A DNA stretch of 64,000 nucleotides, from NCBI RefSeq assembly GCF_049584895.1, contig NZ_JBAUYR010000086.1:69625-133624 (forward strand), in the 5' to 3' direction. The translations under genes and the position numbers were made by a program. This DNA is from Candidatus Binatus sp. (GTDB taxonomy: Bacteria; Desulfobacterota; Binatia; Binatales; Binataceae). Below, in pieces: positions 57,004-64,000 of this stretch. The number at the start of each line of letters is the position of its first letter. Positions within the stretch are counted from its first letter, which is position 1. The notes under the pieces were generated by a model. That model was not told the origin of the DNA and made no database searches. It saw only the letters and a list, made by a program, of their open reading frames with translations.

Positions 57004-57104
57004 GTGCCAATCGCACGGGCGACTCGAAGATCGCGGATGAACAGAGCTTCCAGCGAAACTGTTTCCAACGCTTTGAATTACCTGTAAGCATTGGAATCTC
57101 TCGG

Positions 57105-57177
57105 GAGCCGGTAGCTCAGGTGGTAGAGCATGTGACTTTTAATCACAGGGTCCTGGGTTCAAGTCCCAGCCGGCTCA
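57105..57177 (+). tRNA. tRNA-Lys (anticodon UUU)
   Basis: Cloverleaf read by hand: acceptor GAGCCGG/CCGGCTC, D arm GCTC/GAGC, anticodon stem TGTGA/TCACA with loop CTTTTAA, T arm CTGGG-TTCAAGT-CCCAG, discriminator A. No encoded CCA. Confidence 0.93.
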
Positions 57178-57178
57178 C
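57136..57178 (+). repeat. 43-bp direct repeat, copy 1 (attL-like; 3' part of tRNA-Lys)
   Basis: cttttaatcacagggtcctgggttcaagtcccagccggctcac is identical to 59799-59841. Confidence 0.9.
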
Positions 57179-57398
57179 TCAAAACCCTTTTGGATTCAAT
57201 GCTTTGTAGCGCTTCAAATGACCACGCGATTGGCAGGATGCGAAAACTGTAACAGTTTGTAAAACTTTTGAGGGCGGACGAAAAAAGCGCGCGCAGCGTT
57301 CACACGACTGCGCGCGCTCTTGCGTGTCGTTAGGCGCCGGCGGCGCGGCACGAGAGCCGTCCGGGTCGAGAAAACGAAAGTCAGAGAAGGAGAGAGTC

Positions 57399-57761
57399 AT
57401 GTTTGATCACATCATGCTTAAGGTGAAGGACCTCAACTCGAGCAAGCGCTTCTACAGCGCCGCGCTGGCGCCGCTTGGCTTCAGCGTGCAGTACGACGCG
57501 GACGGAATAGTGGTCTTTGGCCCCAAGGACGCGCCCGCCTTGTGTTTGGCCAAGGGCGAACCGACCGGACCTGTCCATGTTGCATTCGTGGCCAAGAACC
57601 GCGCTGCCGTGAAGGCGTTCTACGATGCCGCTCTGCCCGCCGGCGGCAAGGACAACGGCAAGCCCGGTCTCCGTCCCCAATATTCCGCCAACTACTACGG
57701 CGGCTTCGTGAAGGATCCCGACGGCAACAACATAGAAGCCGTTTGCCATCAGGAAGAATAG
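57399..57761 (+). CDS. VOC (glyoxalase/bleomycin-resistance/dioxygenase) family protein
   Basis: MFDHIMLKVKDLNSSKRFY...DPDGNNIEAV. RBS GAAGGAG. Confidence 0.8.
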   Translation: MFDHIMLKVKDLNSSKRFYSAALAPLGFSVQYDADGIVVFGPKDAPALCLAKGEPTGPVHVAFVAKNRAAVKAFYDAALPAGGKDNGKPGLRPQYSANYYGGFVKDPDGNNIEAVCHQEE

Positions 57762-57786
57762 CGAGGCTACGGGACTGCCTTGTTAC

Positions 57787-58776
57787 TTACGCGCTCTTGC
57801 GCTGCGGAAGCTGGGGGGCGGCCACCTTCGGTTCTTCCTGAGCGCGCTCGCGCACATAGCTCGCGAGCTTCGCTGACGCAGCTTCGAGGTCCCGCTTGTC
57901 GAGGATGTCGTATCGGTCGAAAATGCTGCGCGTCTTGTGCCCCGTGAAACCCATCGCCACGCTCTCGCTGACGCCTGCACGAACGAGATTGCGAACGGCT
58001 GAGCGGCGCAGGTCGTGAATGACCAGACGGCCAAGACCCGCCGCCTTGCAGGCATTCGCCCATACCTTGCGGAAGGTGGGGAGCTTCGCGCCGTCGTGCT
58101 GAAATACGAACGGGCAAGCGAGCGAGCGCGTCGAGCGAGCGCGCTTGATGATTTCGAGCACTTCGTCAGCGAGCGGGAGCACGCGCGTCTGCTTGTTCTT
58201 CGAGTGCTCGGCGCGCAGACGAATCACGCCGTTTTGGAAATCCACGTCGCGCCATTCGAGGGTCATCGCTTCGTTCTTGCGCCAGCCGCTCGCGTAGAGA
58301 AAGCGAACTGCATCGCGCAGATGCTCAGGGAGCTTGGCGACGAGCGCATCAAATTCGGCAGGGTCGAGGAACCCTTGGCGCGGCTTCGATTTTTCCAGCA
58401 TCGGCATCACAGGGACATGGTCGCGCGAAAGTTTGCGCGCTTCGACTTGAATATTGAACGCGCGCCGGAGCAGGGCGAGTTCAAAATTGATTGTCCCGTT
58501 CGACGGCGGCTGCTCGACGCGCTCTACGACCGTTTTCACGTTGACGATGATTTTGTTGCCAGTGGCGCGCTTGACGAGCATCGCGCGACGCTTCGCGACA
58601 TAGGCTGAAATCACGTCGCGCGTCAGATTGACCGCTCGCGCGGGTTTGAGATTAGCGACAGACGCGACGAATAGCGCGCCGCAGCATTTCGCGTTCGGCG
58701 TCTCAACTTGGCTTCGCGAATATCGCGATTGGTCGAGCAAAAAAAGGCACGCTCGGCTCACCGTTAGTGGGTGCAT
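57787..58776 (-). CDS. tyrosine-type site-specific recombinase/integrase
   Basis: Catalytic blocks ASGWRKNEAMTLEW (Arg), HDLRRSAVRNL (HxxR) and GHKTRSIFDRYD (His...Tyr). The N-terminus may be shortened. Confidence 0.85.
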   Translation of the reverse strand: MHPLTVSRACLFLLDQSRYSRSQVETPNAKCCGALFVASVANLKPARAVNLTRDVISAYVAKRRAMLVKRATGNKIIVNVKTVVERVEQPPSNGTINFELALLRRAFNIQVEARKLSRDHVPVMPMLEKSKPRQGFLDPAEFDALVAKLPEHLRDAVRFLYASGWRKNEAMTLEWRDVDFQNGVIRLRAEHSKNKQTRVLPLADEVLEIIKRARSTRSLACPFVFQHDGAKLPTFRKVWANACKAAGLGRLVIHDLRRSAVRNLVRAGVSESVAMGFTGHKTRSIFDRYDILDKRDLEAASAKLASYVRERAQEEPKVAAPQLPQRKSA

Positions 58777-58827
58777 GTTTACCGAGCGTGCCGAGGCTCC
58801 AGAGGGGAAAATACCAGAGCCAATTTT

Positions 58828-59112
58828 TTACTTGGCGTGATGATCGGTCAGCCTGGAACGGACCTCCATGTCGAAAGCCATTGGCGCGCCTGGACACATT
58901 TCCCCAAGCCATTGCGTACTGATGTGGTCGGGAAGTCTGCGAAAGCTAAATACTGAGACGTAAACCGCCCATCGTTCCCCGGACAGAGACTCGACGAAAT
59001 CACGCCCGCAACGGGAGCAGTGATGTTGGCGAAGCGGTTTGTCGTGCTCGATCTCTACTTGGCGAGGTTTCGGACTAGACCACTGATGGCTGTTCCACGC
59101 GTCGCGATTCAT
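58828..59112 (-). CDS. hypothetical protein (island cargo)
   Basis: 94-aa ORF with a single CSRC motif. No family recognised. Confidence 0.25.
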   Translation of the reverse strand: MNRDAWNSHQWSSPKPRQVEIEHDKPLRQHHCSRCGRDFVESLSGERWAVYVSVFSFRRLPDHISTQWLGEMCPGAPMAFDMEVRSRLTDHHAK

Positions 59113-59334
59113 AGGGAAGCAACCCTCCTGATTGAGGACCTTTCGGCGACGAGATCTTCTATTTTTTTAATAATGCAAACGCAAATTCAGTTCAAGAGGA
59201 TTGAGAAAACGACAAAATTGTCCTTCAGAGAACAATTTATTCCCAAACTAGCGGTGGAATTACGCTCAGCTTGGTAATGGCGAGAACCTCTTAATCCTCG
59301 TCGCGCGCATGACGGATCGGCTACGGTTCGCTTT

Positions 59335-59517
59335 ATGACATGCGTATTGTGCGGCCAGAAGTCGCCCATCGAAACGAAGATCGATCAGTTCCCCCTCAGC
59401 GAGCGGGTGCGGAAGATGCTCGAAAGAGAGTTCGGCATTACGCTTGAGAATGGAGTCTGCGCTGAGTGTCTGGCCCTTCCGGCTGCCGATCGCTTGGTCC
59501 GCCCTCGTCGGGCGTAG
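59335..59517 (+). CDS. hypothetical small zinc-ribbon-like protein (island cargo)
   Basis: 60 aa with two CxxC pairs (CVLC ... CAEC). It competes with an overlapping antisense ORF at 59266-59775. Confidence 0.25.
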   Translation: MTCVLCGQKSPIETKIDQFPLSERVRKMLEREFGITLENGVCAECLALPAADRLVRPRRA

Positions 59518-59798
59518 TCCGCACTGGTCCGCGATCCCACTTTGTTCCGGCTGTCCCGAATCGTCGTCGAGCGCGAGCAAGCTCGCGGGCTTGAGGTCAG
59601 CGACTGACACGACAAATTGCCAGTCCTCCTCAACCATAGCGCGCGAGGTTTGCAAGGGCCAAATTGTAATAGATTGTAAAGCTTTTGACGCGAGACGCTC
59701 AGCAATCGACAGATACTGAGAGCAGCGCGAGAGCGAAAAGCCTATAGAAATCAGACTGAAAGCGACCGAGCGCAATCTTGCGCGAACGTGTGCTATTT

Positions 59799-59841
59799 CT
59801 TTTAATCACAGGGTCCTGGGTTCAAGTCCCAGCCGGCTCAC
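59799..59841 (+). repeat. 43-bp direct repeat, copy 2 (attR-like; orphan tRNA-Lys 3' half)
   Basis: Identical to 57136-57178. No 5' tRNA half lies upstream. Confidence 0.9.
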
Positions 59842-59868
59842 AAATATCTTCAGATCGGAGTTTCAGCG

Positions 59869-61701
<1,833 letters not shown>

Positions 61702-61776
61702 AGGGGCGGAGTCGGCTGTCGTCAGAATATCGAACGCCTCTACCTACTATGAGGAGAGCTTTGCATACCTAACTTG

Positions 61777-62146
61777 GCGGCGCTCTTCCCCTCTCCCGTC
61801 GGGAGAGGATTTAAGGTGAGGGACCTTACTCAGCGCGCGCCTAGCGCGCGATTCAAGATTCTGAAGAATGAGCGATCGGAAATTGACGCCTGAATTTAAT
61901 GTTGCATAATCGCCTGCCTCGAAGATGACGCAGAGAATGTTCTCTGCCTCGTCTGCTCGCGGCGTCGTCTGCGGGTTGTTTCATGAGACGATTCGGACGA
62001 AGGCACGGCTCTCGGGAATTTTGCAATTTCGCAGAGAAACGCAAGGCACACCGAGAACCAAAACATTGAATCGCGCGCAAAAATGCGCGCTGAACAAGGT
62101 CCCTCACCTTGAATCCTCTCCCAGCGGGAGAGGGGAAGAGCGCCGC
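61777..62146. repeat. 370-bp MITE-like element with ~80-nt terminal inverted repeats
   Basis: The left arm 61777-61856 and the reverse complement of the right arm 62066-62146 align over ~80 nt with about 12 differences, clustered in the two hairpin loops. Each arm has internal hairpins (ctctcccgNNgggagag; gcgcgcg..cgcgcgc). Confidence 0.65.
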
Positions 62147-62266
62147 GCGGATGATGGTCGAGGACCGGCTCATTGCGTTGCGTAGCAAAATTCGCCGCAA
62201 GTCTTCGTCGATCTGAATACTGCGAACGCAGGAGCCGCGGGCACGGCGGCCCGCCCCACTCAGGCC

Positions 62267-62632
62267 TTAGGATTTGGATTTTGACGACAGGTCCATGATG
62301 GGGCGGACTTCGATGGTGCCGTATTTGGCCATCGGGATCTTTGACGCTAGCTCGACCGCCTCGTCCATGTTGCTGGCTTCTACCAGGATGAAGCCGCCTA
62401 ACTGCTCCTTGGTTTCGGCGAAGGGGCCGTCCGTGACCGACAGCTTGCCGTTGCGGACGCGCAGGGTTTTGGCGGTGGTCGCACGCTGGAGGGCGTCGGA
62501 CACGATGTAATGACCGCTTCTGCGCAGCTCGTCGTCATAGGCTATTGAGTCGCGGTCGAGGGTTGCGCCCTCTGCCGGGGACAATTTTTCCATCGACTTC
62601 GGTTCGAGGTAAACGGCACACAAATATCGCAT
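62267..62632 (-). CDS. YciI-family protein
   Basis: MRYLCAVY...DGPFAETKEQLGGFILVEA...IEVRPI are classic YciI/DGPF blocks. ATG 62632 follows GGAGA. Confidence 0.8.
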   Translation of the reverse strand: MRYLCAVYLEPKSMEKLSPAEGATLDRDSIAYDDELRRSGHYIVSDALQRATTAKTLRVRNGKLSVTDGPFAETKEQLGGFILVEASNMDEAVELASKIPMAKYGTIEVRPIMDLSSKSKS

Positions 62633-62727
62633 AGGTGATTCTCCAGATCGCTCGAATGTATCGCGCACTATCTAGTCGTTCGCTGGAGACGAAAATCGAC
62701 AATGACGTCGCCACGGTTGCTGGACGT

Positions 62728-63984
62728 TCAAGCGTTCGGACTGTTTGATGAGGAGCGAAAGAGGCGCGGGCCGTATTGCACCGCCATCCGAAACGGCCGG
62801 ATTACCCAGTAGAGCGGGAACAGCGACGCCGGCAGTTGGACCAGTTCATAATCGCCCATTGTCGGCGCCAGCATCCGGCGGACGACGTAGCGCGTCCGCG
62901 CGCGCATGCTTTCGATTGATCGTATCGGAACGGCCCATGGATCGAACTGCGACCGTCCCGGGCCTGATCCGCTGAACAGTTGGCTCGCGACACGCCTTGC
63001 CAACGATTCAACTGCGCGGTCTCGTCGAGCTATCGCAACCACGTCAGGATCAACCGGCGCGCCGGCCAGCTCGTGCGCGAGCAGGATGCCGGTCAGGAAC
63101 ATCCTGCGACTGCCCAGCGTCGTCGCTTGGTCGAGTATCGCCCTCAAATCGATCGCTGGACGCGCGCGAATGGTCTCCGCTACGTCGCAAATCCCTCCGA
63201 GCGCAACCCATCCGTGCTTTGCCGCGTGAACGCAGAGGTACAGCAGCATGTCCTCCGGCGCGATCGCGGTCACGGTGCCGAACTCTAGATCAACTGTCTG
63301 CGCGCGATGCCAGAAAGCTTCCTCATCGGGGGCGAATCGGAACGAGCGCGGCGTGACCTTCCAATGAACGTCGACTGCGCCCATCCCGCCGGCGGCAAAA
63401 AACGCGTCCTCGGATTCCTGAAAGTAACCGGTCGCCAGTCCTTCGCGCCTGGTGTGCGGCGAGAGATATCGCTCGGCGGTGAGTATTTCGGCAACCCGCG
63501 GCAGATCGGACTGGCGCACCAGAATATCGAGATCGCTGAACTGGCGAAGTTCGATCGATCCGTACGCCATCGCCGCCAGCACCGGGCCCTTGAAGGCGAC
63601 GGCTGCAACGCCTGCGGCCTTCAGCAGGGCCAGCAGGCGCACGAGCTCTGCCGCCAGATGACGGTTATACAGAGCGATGAACTGCCATTCGGTCGTTAAT
63701 CTTGACGCTCCCTCTTGCGGGACTGCGGTACTGCATTCGAGTTTCAGGTACCGATGGACCAGCGGGAGCACCGCATGACTTCTGGCAGTCTCGATGAGAC
63801 GATCCCAATCGCGCACCTGCGCAGCAAGTTCGGAGGCCAGCGCCGTGCGCGAAGGCGTCGGCTTCGTGGTCGCGCTGCACAGCACGATGGATGCTTCAGG
63901 AGACAAGTTGGCGAGGTTTAGAAGAGTGTTGGATGCCACAGGGCTATGGAACATAGCGTGAGGAAGAGCCGGGCCCAAGTGCAC
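62728..63984 (-). CDS. uncharacterised nucleotidyltransferase family protein (NTP_transf_5-like)
   Basis: AFKGPVLA...YGSIELRQFSDLDILV (GS..D.D nucleotidyltransferase core) and HAAKHGW are typical of this family. Confidence 0.65.
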   Translation of the reverse strand: MHLGPALPHAMFHSPVASNTLLNLANLSPEASIVLCSATTKPTPSRTALASELAAQVRDWDRLIETARSHAVLPLVHRYLKLECSTAVPQEGASRLTTEWQFIALYNRHLAAELVRLLALLKAAGVAAVAFKGPVLAAMAYGSIELRQFSDLDILVRQSDLPRVAEILTAERYLSPHTRREGLATGYFQESEDAFFAAGGMGAVDVHWKVTPRSFRFAPDEEAFWHRAQTVDLEFGTVTAIAPEDMLLYLCVHAAKHGWVALGGICDVAETIRARPAIDLRAILDQATTLGSRRMFLTGILLAHELAGAPVDPDVVAIARRDRAVESLARRVASQLFSGSGPGRSQFDPWAVPIRSIESMRARTRYVVRRMLAPTMGDYELVQLPASLFPLYWVIRPFRMAVQYGPRLFRSSSNSPNA

Positions 63985-64000
63985 CTGATATCAAATCTAC

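Larger units (their letters stand above)
57179..59841. mobile_element. small integrase-bearing integrated-element remnant at tRNA-Lys
   Basis: Bounded by perfect 43-bp direct repeats derived from the tRNA 3' half. It contains a tyrosine recombinase, and the 58.8-59.8 kb part is lower in G+C. Confidence 0.6.

Noticed and set aside
59266-59775. 169-aa minus-strand ORF in the tRNA-Lys island.
   Set aside because: It has no motif and fully overlaps the small zinc-ribbon-like ORF on the other strand. Neither can be preferred with confidence, so only low-confidence small ORFs are listed.
61853-62200. 115-aa minus-strand ORF, and the 86-aa plus-strand ORF at 61925-62185.
   Set aside because: Both lie inside the MITE-like element and run into its inverted-repeat arm. 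They are Arg/Ser-rich with low complexity and have no RBS.

Overview
This is a gene-dense, high-G+C bacterial chromosomal window. All calls come from reading motifs in the supplied translations and the DNA; no database search was run. Much of the content concerns membrane lipids.

(1) 4.6-18.5 kb holds a very compact hopanoid supercluster: hpnH-ispA-(Zn-ADH)-shc-dxr-hpnC-hpnD-hpnE-hpnA, then a CruF-like membrane protein, an SDR, hpnG and hpnK.

(2) 19.2-23 kb holds an M1 aminopeptidase translationally coupled to a thioredoxin-fold gene. That gene is only intact if an in-frame TGA is read as selenocysteine, and a SECIS-like hairpin follows the TGA.

(3) 23-28.4 kb holds routine redox and beta-oxidation-type genes.

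(4) 28.4-34.9 kb is a visibly lower-G+C island that begins at a methyltransferase deletion scar. It carries an XRE regulator, a PlcP/LpxH-like metallophosphoesterase, a UgtP/MGDG-synthase-like GT28, a secreted hypothetical protein and a large secreted phosphoesterase. I read it as a phosphate-sparing lipid-remodelling module.

(5) 35.2-40.8 kb holds a sigma-factor-less partner-switching cluster (STAS, MBL-fold, CHASE2-PP2C, RsbW-like kinase) interrupted by a FecR/OmpA pair.

(6) 41-47 kb holds ArsR-DUF2087, DUF1329, a split chromate-transporter pair, a CYTH-like protein and gabT.

(7) 47.1-54 kb holds three tandem sulfotransferase paralogues, three GT2 paralogues and UDP-sulfoquinovose synthase, followed by a sensor-less sigma-54 activator.

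(8) 55.8-59.8 kb holds DoxX, a VapC toxin-antitoxin pair, and tRNA-Lys(UUU) with a ~2.7 kb integrase-bearing remnant bounded by 43-bp direct repeats.

(9) The rest is a Baeyer-Villiger monooxygenase, a 370-bp MITE-like element with 80-nt inverted arms, YciI, and an NTP_transf_5-type nucleotidyltransferase.

A short intergenic repeat family (GTCATYCTGAGCG...AGCGAAGRATC), often as inverted pairs, recurs at five sites. There is no CRISPR array and no rRNA. Many long antisense ORFs in the track are high-GC artefacts.
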